From Candidatus Woesearchaeota archaeon (lineage in GTDB: Archaea > Nanobdellota > Nanobdellia > Woesearchaeales > GW2011-AR15), in contig JAVZBY010000001.1 of assembly GCA_038874655.1 (NCBI GenBank), positions 52,292-116,291 on the forward strand: DNA of 64,000 bases, in the 5' to 3' direction. Both the position numbers and the translations under genes were made by a program. Below, one piece after another: positions 52,038-61,690 of this stretch. Positions within the stretch are counted from its first letter, which is position 1, and each line of letters starts with the position of its first letter. The notes beneath the pieces are model-generated. The model was given only the letters and a program-made list of their open reading frames with translations, was not told the origin of the DNA and searched no databases.

Positions 52038-52107
52038 ATTATAATCAAAATATATGTAAAAAATTAATAAAAAGTTAATAAAAAGGATAAAAAACATAGG
52101 TGAGAAA

Positions 52108-52695
52108 ATGACAGAAGAATCATTATTGGTGCCAAATGATGTGTATTTAAAAGCAGGAATACATATTGGAACAAAATTTAAAAGTAAGTTTATGGAAAAT
52201 TTTATTTATAAAACAAGGCCAGATGGATTATCTGTTTTAAATGTACAAAAGATTGATGAAAGAATAAAATTAATGGCAAATATGCTTTCTAAATATGAAC
52301 CGAAGGATATTTTAGTTGTTAGCAGAAGAGAAAATGGTTGGCAAGCTGTTAAATTGTTTGCAAAGGCAATTGGTTGCAAATTTTATGCTGGAAGATATCC
52401 GCCAGGAGCATTAACAAATCCAAGTTTAAAAACTTTTATAGAGGCAAAAATTGTTGTTGTAACAGATGCCTGGCCAGATAGAAATGTAGTATTAGATGCT
52501 TTAAAAGTTGGAATACCTGTAATTGCTTTATGTGATACAAATAATCAAGCAAATAACATTGATTTAGTTGTCCCATGTAATAATAAAGGAAAGAAAAGTT
52601 TAGGCTTATTATTTTATATTGTGGCAAGAGAATACATGAAATTAAGAAATATGGGTGAATTAAAGATTACAATGGAAGAGTTTATGGCTGAATAA
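52108..52695 (+). CDS. rps2: 30S ribosomal protein uS2 (archaeal)
   Basis: YLKAGIHIGT, RPDGL, GRYPPGALTNP, ALCDTNN, PCNNKG. Confidence 0.97.
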   Translation: MTEESLLVPNDVYLKAGIHIGTKFKSKFMENFIYKTRPDGLSVLNVQKIDERIKLMANMLSKYEPKDILVVSRRENGWQAVKLFAKAIGCKFYAGRYPPGALTNPSLKTFIEAKIVVVTDAWPDRNVVLDALKVGIPVIALCDTNNQANNIDLVVPCNNKGKKSLGLLFYIVAREYMKLRNMGELKITMEEFMAE

Positions 52696-52726
52696 ATATT
52701 TAAAAAATAACTTTTTCTTTTTCTTT

Positions 52727-53575
52727 ATGTTTTTAATTTCTGTGTATCAAGCTGAGCAATTATTAAAAGATTTAGAAACAAATAAAGAAGAAAGTTTAAT
52801 TTCTTTAGATTTAGGATTAAGTAATTCAGTTGTTAAAATTGATAGAAAGGAAAGTAAATTTATTTTTCCAGATGAACAAGTTTTAGGGTTAGAGAAAATA
52901 AAGAAGATTATTAAAAAAGATACAATTTGTTTTTATATTAAAAATAATGACATTTTTCCAGTTTCTATTTTTTCTGAAGAGACAAATAACTATTATAAAT
53001 TAGTTCCAACTGGTTTATGTAATTGGCCAACTCTTGAAATTTCTGGAATTCGGATGCATGTTACAAAAAAATATGGTCCAAAAGAAGACACTGAAGAAAA
53101 AATTTCTTTTATTGCTCCTTGTGTTGGTGCTGTTTTAGATACATGTACAGGATTAGGTTATACTGCAATAATGGCTGCAAAAACAGCTAATTTAGTTTTT
53201 ACAATTGAAAGAGATAAAAATGTAATTGAAATTGAAAAAATTAATCCTTATTCTAAAGAACTTTTTACAAATGAGAAAATAAAAAGAATAATTGGAGATT
53301 CTTTTGAAGAGATTAAAAAGTTTAAAGCTTGTTATTTTGACAGAATTATACATGATCCACCTAGAGTTGCTTTATCTCCTTTGTTATATAGCCAGGAATT
53401 TTACAATGAATTGTTCAGAGTTTTAAAATACAAAGGCAAAATATTTCACTATACTGGCGATCCTGGAAGTAAAAAAGGTTTAGACATAAGAGCTGGCATA
53501 ATAAAAAGATTCGAAAAAGCTGGCTTCAAAAATATTAAAAGGGTTTTTAATGGAATTAGTGCTGAAAAGATATAA
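52727..53575 (+). CDS. SAM-dependent methyltransferase (archaeal COG2521-like)
   Basis: PTLEISGIRMH, VLDTCTGLGYTA, IIHDPPR, FHYTG.PG. Confidence 0.88.
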   Translation: MFLISVYQAEQLLKDLETNKEESLISLDLGLSNSVVKIDRKESKFIFPDEQVLGLEKIKKIIKKDTICFYIKNNDIFPVSIFSEETNNYYKLVPTGLCNWPTLEISGIRMHVTKKYGPKEDTEEKISFIAPCVGAVLDTCTGLGYTAIMAAKTANLVFTIERDKNVIEIEKINPYSKELFTNEKIKRIIGDSFEEIKKFKACYFDRIIHDPPRVALSPLLYSQEFYNELFRVLKYKGKIFHYTGDPGSKKGLDIRAGIIKRFEKAGFKNIKRVFNGISAEKI

Positions 53576-53583
53576 AAATAATC

Positions 53584-54264
53584 TCAAATAAAAATACCAT
53601 TTTCTTTAATTTCATAAAAAATAGTTTTTCCTACTAAAGATTCATCTAATTTATGTTTAATTAATTTTGCTTGTCTTTTTTTGTCATCTATCTTATTTAA
53701 TTCTATTATGGTTTGACACATATTTGAAAACATTTTGTTAGCAATCATTTTAAAATTCTTGTTGTCAGAAAAATCTGCTTTTACTTGATTAGTTATTAAA
53801 ACAATTTTATCTTTGTCTCTAGCAATTCTAATTAAAGATTGTATTTGTTGTCCCATTAACATATTAATTTTTTTTGGTTCTTTATTTAGTTCTAATTTGT
53901 AGAAATTGGATATTGAATCGATAATTAGAATAAAAAATTTTGATGTTTTGGAATTATATATTTTAGAAATTTGTTCATGCAGCTCAAAAAAATTAGTTGG
54001 TTGAAGTAAGAATAAATAATCTAAATAATTTTTTGTAAATTCTTTTTCCTTTTTTATTAATTGATTAAATCTATCAATACTGAATGTTTTTTCTGTATCA
54101 ATAAAAATAACTTTTTTTTGATTTTTTATAGCTGAAATTGCTGCCAATAAACATGTTGTTGTTTTTCCTGAGGAGGCATTTCCATAAATACCAGTAATAA
54201 AACCAGAATGGAATTCATCTATTAAATAACTAATTGCTTGATTGTTTGGATTTAAGGTTATCAT
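53584..54264 (-). CDS. radB: DNA repair protein RadB
   Basis: IYGNASSGKTT, FIDTE..FS.DR, IIDSI, LITNQV, KH motif; no N-terminal HhH domain. Confidence 0.85.
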   Translation of the reverse strand: MITLNPNNQAISYLIDEFHSGFITGIYGNASSGKTTTCLLAAISAIKNQKKVIFIDTEKTFSIDRFNQLIKKEKEFTKNYLDYLFLLQPTNFFELHEQISKIYNSKTSKFFILIIDSISNFYKLELNKEPKKINMLMGQQIQSLIRIARDKDKIVLITNQVKADFSDNKNFKMIANKMFSNMCQTIIELNKIDDKKRQAKLIKHKLDESLVGKTIFYEIKENGIFI

Positions 54265-54347
54265 TTTTTATCTTTTATTTTTTTAATAAAATATTATTAA
54301 AAAAGAAATTTATAAAATTTGCTAATTCTTTATTTTTTAAATCTTTT

Positions 54348-55526
54348 TTAGGAATTTATTACCTTTTTATAAAAAGATTCTACTTCTTTTGCTATCTTCT
54401 CCCAATCATAATCTTTGATATAATCTAATTCTTTTATTTTTTCTTTATAAAGGATTTTATCTGTTAAAAGTTGTTTTAATTTTTTACTTAAATCTAAATA
54501 ATTGTCTGGTTTAAAAAATAATCCACCTCTTTTGTTTGTTATTTCTATGAAAGGTGGAATCTCTGTGCAAACAAAGGGTATTTTTAATGCTATTGCTTCT
54601 AATAATACAATTCCAAAACCTTCCACATTACTGGGAGAACAAAAAACATGACTTTTTTTTATTTCATTTAAAACTTCTTCATGAGATTTTAAAAATCCTA
54701 AAAAACTTATGTTTTTTTCTAAATTTAAATTTGAAGAAAGTTTTTTTAAATTATTTAATTCTTGTCCTTGACCTATTATTTTTAGTTTTATATCTGGAAT
54801 TTCCTTTTTTAACAAAGAAATAGATTTAATTAAGATATCTACTTTTTTTGTTTTTATTAATCTGCCTACATAAATAATTGTTGGTCTTTTCTCTTTTTTT
54901 ATTTGATTTTTATTTATTAAATTAAATTTTTCCAAATCAATTCCATTTGAAATTACTTTAATTTTATGTTCATTTACTCCATTTTGAATTAATCTTTTTT
55001 TTGTGAAATTACTAACAGAAATAAAAGCATCAAAGTTTAATTTTAATATTAATCTTTCATAAACTTCATATGGAAGTGCAATTATCCCTTTATTTTTTAT
55101 CCATTCGTTTATCCATGTTTCATGATAAGTTGCTATTATTTTTTTTTTTAGTTTTCTTGCTATTTTATAGCCTGGCAAATAAGTAGTAAAATTATATGCA
55201 TCTATAATATCTATATTTTTGAAACTTTTCGCTTGATTTACTAATGCACATGCAAAATTTAACCTAGATAAAAAACCTGCATTATTAGAATATGGATGAT
55301 GATCCCCAACTCGATAAACTAAAAAACTATGTTTTATTTTTTTATTTTTATCAATAAATTTAAACTCTGTTTTTCGTTCTAAATTATTTCGCCAAGATGT
55401 TAAGATATAAACACTATGTTTTTTTGATAGTTCTTTTGCTAAATAAAATGCTCTTGATTCAACTCCACCTGTAATGTCTGAACTTGTTGTTTCAGGAAAA
55501 TATTCAGATAAAATTAAAATATTCAT
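54348..55526 (-). CDS. GT4 glycosyltransferase
   Basis: GGVESR, ISNGID, YVGRL..TK, EGFGIVLLEA. Confidence 0.92.
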   Translation of the reverse strand: MNILILSEYFPETTSSDITGGVESRAFYLAKELSKKHSVYILTSWRNNLERKTEFKFIDKNKKIKHSFLVYRVGDHHPYSNNAGFLSRLNFACALVNQAKSFKNIDIIDAYNFTTYLPGYKIARKLKKKIIATYHETWINEWIKNKGIIALPYEVYERLILKLNFDAFISVSNFTKKRLIQNGVNEHKIKVISNGIDLEKFNLINKNQIKKEKRPTIIYVGRLIKTKKVDILIKSISLLKKEIPDIKLKIIGQGQELNNLKKLSSNLNLEKNISFLGFLKSHEEVLNEIKKSHVFCSPSNVEGFGIVLLEAIALKIPFVCTEIPPFIEITNKRGGLFFKPDNYLDLSKKLKQLLTDKILYKEKIKELDYIKDYDWEKIAKEVESFYKKVINS

Positions 55527-55545
55527 TTTATTTCAATTTGTGTTA

Positions 55546-55872
55546 TTATTTTTTTTTTCTTAGTGCGTTTTCTCTAACTAATTTTGTTATTTCCATTTCA
55601 ACTTCTTCTAATTTAACATATAGTCTAAATAATAAATAAAATAATATTACAATACTTGAATAAACTAAAACATCTACACCTCTGCCTATGCCTATAAATG
55701 AAGCAACTTTGGTTAAAATATTTGGAAAAAAGACAACGAAGATTAAACCTATCCAAATTCCTAACCAAAAAAATAATTCTAGTAATGTGATTTTTTTGTC
55801 TTTTGCTCTTAATATTGCTCTGCTGGCAGCAAATGAAAAAAATAGTATTGCTATTATTTGGATTATTGTCAT
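55546..55872 (-). CDS. DUF2304 family membrane protein
   Basis: FWLGIW, GIGRGVD, ITKLVRE; follows a GT2 gene. Confidence 0.88.
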   Translation of the reverse strand: MTIIQIIAILFFSFAASRAILRAKDKKITLLELFFWLGIWIGLIFVVFFPNILTKVASFIGIGRGVDVLVYSSIVILFYLLFRLYVKLEEVEMEITKLVRENALRKKK

Positions 55873-55909
55873 TTTTACCTCCTTTAATCAATTCCTTAGA
55901 TATTTACTT

Positions 55910-56596
55910 TTATTTCAATAATTTTTTAAGTAGCATTTTAAAACCTAATACAAAGCTTCTATCCCAAGATTGACCTTTAAGAACAGAATATTTACTATAA
56001 ATAACTGTAATTGGAACTTCTTTATATGTTAGTCTGTGTCTCATAATTTCTGAAAAAAATTCACCTGCATGTTCCATCCTGTCAGAGGTTATTTCTATTT
56101 TTTTAGCTGCTTCTAATGAAATAGCTCTAAAACCGCATTGTGAATCTGTAACTTTTATACCATATAAAAGATACACAACAATTACACCTATTTTTAAAAT
56201 AATTTTTTTAAAAAAAGGTATGTTTATTGCCTTTCCTAAAAATCTTGAACCTAAGGTTATGTCTGCTTCTTTATTGACAATTGGTTTTATCATATTTTTT
56301 ATATCTCTTGCTAAAAATTGACCATCTGCATCAAAAGTTATAATAATATCTGCATTTTTTTTGATTGCATATTCAATACCTGTTTTTAAGGCTGCACCTT
56401 GACCTCTATTTATTATGTGTCTTAAAGCAATAACCTTTTTTTTTAATGCTATTTCATAGGTTTTATCAGATGAGCCATCATCAACAACAATTATATTATG
56501 ATAACCTTCTTTTTTTAAATCTTCAATTACTTTAGAAATAGCTTTTTCTTCATTATAAGCTGCAATGACAACAAAAATTTTTAATTTTTCTTTCAT
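55910..56596 (-). CDS. GT2 glycosyltransferase (DPM1-like)
   Basis: AYNEE, VVDDGSSD, NRGQGAA, TFDADGQ, GSRF, TDSQCGFRA. Confidence 0.93.
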   Translation of the reverse strand: MKEKLKIFVVIAAYNEEKAISKVIEDLKKEGYHNIIVVDDGSSDKTYEIALKKKVIALRHIINRGQGAALKTGIEYAIKKNADIIITFDADGQFLARDIKNMIKPIVNKEADITLGSRFLGKAINIPFFKKIILKIGVIVVYLLYGIKVTDSQCGFRAISLEAAKKIEITSDRMEHAGEFFSEIMRHRLTYKEVPITVIYSKYSVLKGQSWDRSFVLGFKMLLKKLLK

Positions 56597-56697
56597 CTTT
56601 TAGAATAAATTATTTTTTAATATTTAATAGTTATTTTTTATGAAACTTTTTGCTTTAGAAAAAATTATAAAGGAATTCTCACTTTTTATATTTGAAA

Positions 56698-57468
56698 ATG
56701 GGGGTCTTTGATAAATTATTTAAAAAAGAAATTAAAGAAATCCAAAATAATTCTAGCAATATACATCAGGAACTACATAATGAACTAAAAAAACATCATG
56801 AGAGATTAGAAAAATTAAATGAATATAGTCAAAATTTACATAAATATATTTATTATATTGAACATAGTAATACTAAACATAAAAAAGAGATAATTGAACA
56901 TATTAATAATGTTAATAAATGGATTGAATATTTAAATGAGAGTCATAATAATCTAAAAAGAGAATTAAATGATTTTAAAATAAATATACGAAAAAGGTTA
57001 AAAGAAGATCTTGCTTATTATCATGAATTAATTGAAGAATATCTCACTTTTAAGATTAACAGCTTAGAAAACAAACTAGAAGAATATAAAAAAGAACACA
57101 CAAAAATTGTTGAAAATAAAGAAAAAAACGAAAAAATAGATATTGATACATTAAAAAAAAGTATAAAAGATGAAATTTTGAAAGAAATTTCAATTAATAA
57201 TATAAAGAATACAAGTGAACTTAAAGAAAATCTAGAATTATCAAAACCAGAAAAAGATATTTTAAGACTAATGTTCAATGAAGGAAAACCTATGACCTAT
57301 GAACAAATTGCTGAAAAATTAAATAAATCTGTTAATAGTATAAGAGTTTATATGAATAATATTAAATTAAAAAAACCAATTGTAGAAGAATTTTTAACAA
57401 GTAATGGAATAAAAGTATTTAGTATAAAAAATTCTGAAATGGTTAAAACATTATTTAATTCTTATTGA
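56698..57468 (+). CDS. N-terminal amphipathic helix + long coiled coil + C-terminal winged-helix protein
   Basis: MGVFDKLFKK start; heptad-rich middle; LSKPEKDILRLM..PMTYEQIAEKLNKSVNSIRVYMNNIK HTH followed by a wing. Confidence 0.8.
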   Translation: MGVFDKLFKKEIKEIQNNSSNIHQELHNELKKHHERLEKLNEYSQNLHKYIYYIEHSNTKHKKEIIEHINNVNKWIEYLNESHNNLKRELNDFKINIRKRLKEDLAYYHELIEEYLTFKINSLENKLEEYKKEHTKIVENKEKNEKIDIDTLKKSIKDEILKEISINNIKNTSELKENLELSKPEKDILRLMFNEGKPMTYEQIAEKLNKSVNSIRVYMNNIKLKKPIVEEFLTSNGIKVFSIKNSEMVKTLFNSY

Positions 57469-57504
57469 AAAGTTTTAATAATTAAACTTTATTTTTAAAT
57501 TTGG

Positions 57505-57655
57505 CATTATATAATGCATTATAATGACATTATATAACATTATAATGCACATTATGTGTTTTCACGACTACATTATATAATATTATAACACGCATTATAA
57601 CACATTATAATGCGCATTATATAACATTATAATGCGCATTATCCTCATTATATAA
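57505..57655. repeat. About 11-bp-periodic CATTAT / palindromic CATTATAATG array
   Basis: Cores at 57505, 57517, 57528, 57538, 57550, 57571, 57581 (TATTAT), 57593, 57603, 57615, 57625, 57637, 57646. Confidence 0.93.
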
Positions 57656-57767
57656 TATGTTTAAAAAAATAATTTAATAATTAAATAAATTTTTAAAAAA
57701 ATTGTTATATAAATAATAAATTATTTTTTATATTTAAGTTTATATTAAAGATTAGATTAAAATCAGA

Positions 57768-58457
57768 TTAACCCCATGCATCAAGAATAATATTTTCTTC
57801 TTTAATTCCTAAGTTTAATAATGCATTTTTTATATTTGTTAGCATAATTGGTGGACCACATAAAAAATAATCCTTATTTTGTAAATCATTAAAAGTCGCT
57901 TCTTTTATAAAATTAGAATCTATAAAACCTGTATGAAATTTCCATGATTCATCTGGCTTATCAACTGTTAAAAAAAGTTTAAAATTAGGATTACTTAAGA
58001 AAGAATGAAATTCCTCATTAAAAAGTATATCTTTTGGTGATCTTGCTCCATAAATTAAGGTTATTTTTGTATTTAAGTTTAAATCTATAGAGTATTTTAT
58101 CATAGACCTAAAAGGTGTTACTCCTGAACCACCACCTATGAAAACAACATTTTGTTTGTTTTCCATAGTAAATTTACCAAAGGGTGCATTAAAAGTGAGA
58201 GTATCACCTATATTTAAATTAAATAAATATGTTGTCATTTTTCCATTTGGAATTAGTCTAACTGTAATTGCTAAATGCTTCTCAGTCGGAGAACTTGAAA
58301 AAGAATAAGATCTTCTTATTATCTCTGAGTCAGTTTTGTGCTCAAAAATTCCATATTGACCTGCTTTATAAGTAAAGTTTTCTGGTTTTTCAAAGTAAAA
58401 TGTTTTTGTGTCATGTGTTTCTTGTTTTATATTAATTATTTTGCTTGTGTATGGCAT
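57768..58457 (-). CDS. FAD/NAD(P)-binding oxidoreductase (ferredoxin reductase family)
   Basis: KAGQY, RSYSFSS, GKMT, PFGKF, GGSGVTPF, FLCGPP. Confidence 0.92.
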   Translation of the reverse strand: MPYTSKIINIKQETHDTKTFYFEKPENFTYKAGQYGIFEHKTDSEIIRRSYSFSSSPTEKHLAITVRLIPNGKMTTYLFNLNIGDTLTFNAPFGKFTMENKQNVVFIGGGSGVTPFRSMIKYSIDLNLNTKITLIYGARSPKDILFNEEFHSFLSNPNFKLFLTVDKPDESWKFHTGFIDSNFIKEATFNDLQNKDYFLCGPPIMLTNIKNALLNLGIKEENIILDAWG

Positions 58458-58509
58458 TTTTTACCTCTTTTTACATATTTTTATATATGTTCTTTTATTA
58501 TTTTTTGTT

Positions 58510-59253
58510 ATGGATAGATATTTAAGACAAAGAGTATATAAAAATATCGGTAATAAACAAGAGTTAATTAGAAAAACAAGTGTTTGCATTATTGGTTTAG
58601 GTGCTTTAGGAAGTGTTTGTGCTGATTTATTAACAAGAGCAGGAATTGGCAAATTATATTTGTTTGATTATGAAAAGGTTGAATTAATAAATTTACAAAG
58701 GCAGTTTTATGATGAAAAAGATGTCGGAAAATTTAAGATTTATGCTACAAAAAAAAGATTAAAAAAAATAAATTCTGATGTTGAAATTTTTGCTTATAAC
58801 AAAAGAATTAATGAAAAAAATTTAGATTTAATTGAAAAAACTAAAGCTGGTATTATTTTAGTTTGTACTGATGATATGGCTACAAGGTTTTTATTAAATG
58901 AATATTGTATTTATAAAAAAAAGGTTTTTATTACTGGCTTAGTAAGTGGTTCAAAAGGATATTTAATGAAAGTTGATAATAGATTCAGAAGTAAAAAAAT
59001 AAAAGAACATAAGGATTTTCCTTGTTTTAATTGTGTTTTTAAAAAAGAATCTTGTTTTAATTGCCAAAATCAAGGAATTTTGAATTCTTTGTCTGTTATG
59101 ATTAGTGGTTTAATAGTTAATGAAACAATAAAAAGTATTGTTATTGATAAAGAAAAAAGAGAAAATTTTGTTCTTTTAAGTTTTGAAATATGGAATAATG
59201 AATTTGATAGGATAAATGTAAAAAGTAAATGTGAATTACATAGCAAAAATTAA
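58510..59253 (+). CDS. ThiF/MoeB (E1-like) adenylyltransferase
   Basis: DRYLRQ, IGLGALGS, NLQRQ, CTDD, PCFNC; ATG at 58510. Confidence 0.9.
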   Translation: MDRYLRQRVYKNIGNKQELIRKTSVCIIGLGALGSVCADLLTRAGIGKLYLFDYEKVELINLQRQFYDEKDVGKFKIYATKKRLKKINSDVEIFAYNKRINEKNLDLIEKTKAGIILVCTDDMATRFLLNEYCIYKKKVFITGLVSGSKGYLMKVDNRFRSKKIKEHKDFPCFNCVFKKESCFNCQNQGILNSLSVMISGLIVNETIKSIVIDKEKRENFVLLSFEIWNNEFDRINVKSKCELHSKN

Positions 59254-59257
59254 AATA

Positions 59258-60190
59258 TTAAACCACACTTTTAATATTTTTCTTAATTATTTCTGCTGAT
59301 TTTTTTAATGCTTTTATTTCTGTTTTGTCTAATGGAATTTTTAATTTTTTTATTATTCCTTGTCTGCTTAATACAACAGGAATGCTTAAACATACATCAT
59401 TTACACCATAGTAATCTTTTAATAATGTAGATAAAGGCAAGACTTCATGCTGATCTGTTAGTATTGTTCTAACTATTTTTGTTATTGCTAAGCCAATTGC
59501 GTAATATGTTGCTCCTTTTCTAGATATTATCTCATAAGCTGCATTTTTTGTTTTTTGAAATATTTCATCTAATTTTTTTTTATCATATTTCTCAAATTTT
59601 TTTAAAGGTATTCCTGCTATATTAGCAGAACTCCAAACAGGAAATTCACTATCCCCGTGTTCACCTAAGATATAAGCATGGATACTTTGAGGATTTACTT
59701 TATAATATTCCGATAAATTATGCGTAAATCTTGCAGTATCCAATATTGTTCCTGTGCCAAAAACCTTATTAGGTGTAAATCTAGATAATTTTAATGCTAA
59801 ATAGGTCATTACATCTAAAGGATTAGTAACCATTAATAGTATAGCATTTTTATTATACTTTACTATTTCTGGAATTATTTCCTTCATAATTGCTGCATTT
59901 TTCTTTGTTAAATCAAGCCTTGTTTCTCCTGGTTTTTGATTTGCACCTGCTGTTATTACAATAATGTCTGCATTTTCACATAATTTGTAATCAGAGCCAT
60001 AATTTACTTTAGTATATTTTGAAAATAACATTCCATGAACTAAATCTAAAGCTTCACCTTGTGCTTTTTCTTTTTTAACATCAATTATTGAAATTTCAGA
60101 AGCAATGCCATCAATAAATAATGCATATGCAGCTGTAGAACCAACAAACCCAGCACCAATTATAGCAATTTTTGTCTTATCATATTCCAT
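59258..60190 (-). CDS. ldh: L-lactate dehydrogenase
   Basis: GAGFVG, GANQKPGETRLDL (Gln specificity residue), TNPLD, LDTARF, GEHGDS, KGATYY. Confidence 0.93.
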   Translation of the reverse strand: MEYDKTKIAIIGAGFVGSTAAYALFIDGIASEISIIDVKKEKAQGEALDLVHGMLFSKYTKVNYGSDYKLCENADIIVITAGANQKPGETRLDLTKKNAAIMKEIIPEIVKYNKNAILLMVTNPLDVMTYLALKLSRFTPNKVFGTGTILDTARFTHNLSEYYKVNPQSIHAYILGEHGDSEFPVWSSANIAGIPLKKFEKYDKKKLDEIFQKTKNAAYEIISRKGATYYAIGLAITKIVRTILTDQHEVLPLSTLLKDYYGVNDVCLSIPVVLSRQGIIKKLKIPLDKTEIKALKKSAEIIKKNIKSVV

Positions 60191-60279
60191 TTTATACCTC
60201 TTTTAATATTTTTTTAATTATTAAAAAAAGTAATTCCTAGAAACTATAATATTTAATTTATAGTTTAAAAAAATTTTGT

Positions 60280-61203
60280 TTAATTTGTTTTACTTAATTC
60301 TTTATCAATTATTTCTTTGAAATATGCATAAGGTTTATTTCCAACTACGATTTTGTCGTTTATAAAAAAGGTTGGTGTCCCATATAAGCCATTTGCTCTT
60401 GCTTCTTCATAAGTTTGGTTTATTTCATTTTCATATGTTCTTTGTTCTAAACAAGTGTCAAATGATTGATTTAATTTTATATTTTTTGCTAGTGTTTTTA
60501 AATCATCTATTGTAAGATTTTTTTCTTGATTTTCAAATAATAAATTGTGATACTCTAAGAATTTTCCTAAAGAGGCAGCACACTTTGCTGCATTTGACCT
60601 TAGTAAAGAGGTTTCATGTTCTTTTATTGGAAAATCTCTGTAAATAAATTTTATTTTTGTTCCGTAATTTTTTAAAATCTCATTAACAATTGGTTGCGCT
60701 TTTTTTGTATAAGAACATGAATAACAACCATATTCAATAATTATTAATTTTGCTAAGGGGTTTCCTAAAATAATATCGTTTTTATTTTCTTTAGGAATGA
60801 ATTTTATTTCTTGTTTTTTTATATTTGGATCTTCGCATGTTGCTTCATTTGGATGTATTGCATCAAATATACAAAACTCATTAGAATTTTGACCATTACA
60901 ATTGCCATAAATTATGTAAAAGTAAATTCCTCTTACAGAAAAAACAATAGATGCGATCATTAAAATTGTAAAAATCCATGATAATATTTCAAAATTTTTA
61001 GCAACGAATTTTGCTATTTTTGTATTTCTTTTAGAGAAAAACACAATAATATCTGTTTTTACTTTTTGATCTAAGCCGGATTGACATGGTCTTAAAGTTA
61101 TTCTTCTAAAAACACAATCAAATGCTTTAGCTGCTAATTTTCTATGTGTTGCACTAAAAATTCCTAAAATACTAAATACAATTAAAGCTAGTAAACAAAT
61201 CAT
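60280..61203 (-). CDS. Membrane-anchored DsbA/thioredoxin-fold protein
   Basis: GNP.AKL.IIEY, CSYT at active site, YRDFP, GTPTFFIN. Confidence 0.85.
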   Translation of the reverse strand: MICLLALIVFSILGIFSATHRKLAAKAFDCVFRRITLRPCQSGLDQKVKTDIIVFFSKRNTKIAKFVAKNFEILSWIFTILMIASIVFSVRGIYFYIIYGNCNGQNSNEFCIFDAIHPNEATCEDPNIKKQEIKFIPKENKNDIILGNPLAKLIIIEYGCYSCSYTKKAQPIVNEILKNYGTKIKFIYRDFPIKEHETSLLRSNAAKCAASLGKFLEYHNLLFENQEKNLTIDDLKTLAKNIKLNQSFDTCLEQRTYENEINQTYEEARANGLYGTPTFFINDKIVVGNKPYAYFKEIIDKELSKTN

Positions 61204-61276
61204 AATTGTTTTGAAATGAAAAAGATTTTAATAGTTTTTGCTTAAAAATCTTTTTTAGTAAAATAAAGATTTTTAT

Positions 61277-61690
61277 TTAAGCTTTATCTATTTTTTCTTT
61301 TTCTTCTAGAACTTTATTTAATATTTTTTCTGCTGAGTTTATGCTTTCTTCAGCGTCTTCTAAATCATAAAAATCAACTGGAGTTTGATCTGGTAAAGCA
61401 TCTGGATATCTTGTTGCTAAATAATTACTATCCAATCTTTTTGCATCTTTTTTAAAATCTAAAAAATCTTTATTATATTCTGAGCATACTTGAATTAATA
61501 AAACAATTGAATGTGTAATTAAGTCTCTTTTTCCTTTTAAGTATAAAAATGCTTTTAGTGCTTTTTCGGCTGATTGCTGTGATAAAAAACATGAATTATA
61601 TGGAAATTCTTTTTTGTTAGCTTTTGCTGCATTTAAATCTGCTATTGCCTGTTTTAACCATTTATTGAATTCATTTAAGTTTTTATTCAT
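61277..61690 (-). CDS. HEPN domain protein
   Basis: WLKQAIADL, CFLSQQSAEKALKA, THS, YLATRYPD. Confidence 0.9.
   Translation of the reverse strand: MNKNLNEFNKWLKQAIADLNAAKANKKEFPYNSCFLSQQSAEKALKAFLYLKGKRDLITHSIVLLIQVCSEYNKDFLDFKKDAKRLDSNYLATRYPDALPDQTPVDFYDLEDAEESINSAEKILNKVLEEKEKIDKA

Noticed and set aside
52005-52067. 20-codon uORF (MQLLTAISIALIIIKIYVKN) in the rps2 leader
   Set aside because: Short, only a weak SD, overlaps the hairpin; cannot be distinguished from chance.
56686-56706. ORB-like TTTGAAAATGGGGGT at the start of the second wHTH gene
   Set aside because: Lacks the TTCCA half-site; the G run is explained by the codons ATG GGG GTC.
57505-57655. CRISPR array interpretation of the CATTAT repeats
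   Set aside because: Units are about 11 bp with no unique 30-40-bp spacers and no cas genes nearby.
58408-58509. Hydrophobic N-terminal extension of ThiF
   Set aside because: Overlaps the divergent reductase gene and T-rich intergenic DNA; family similarity starts at MDRYLRQ (58510).
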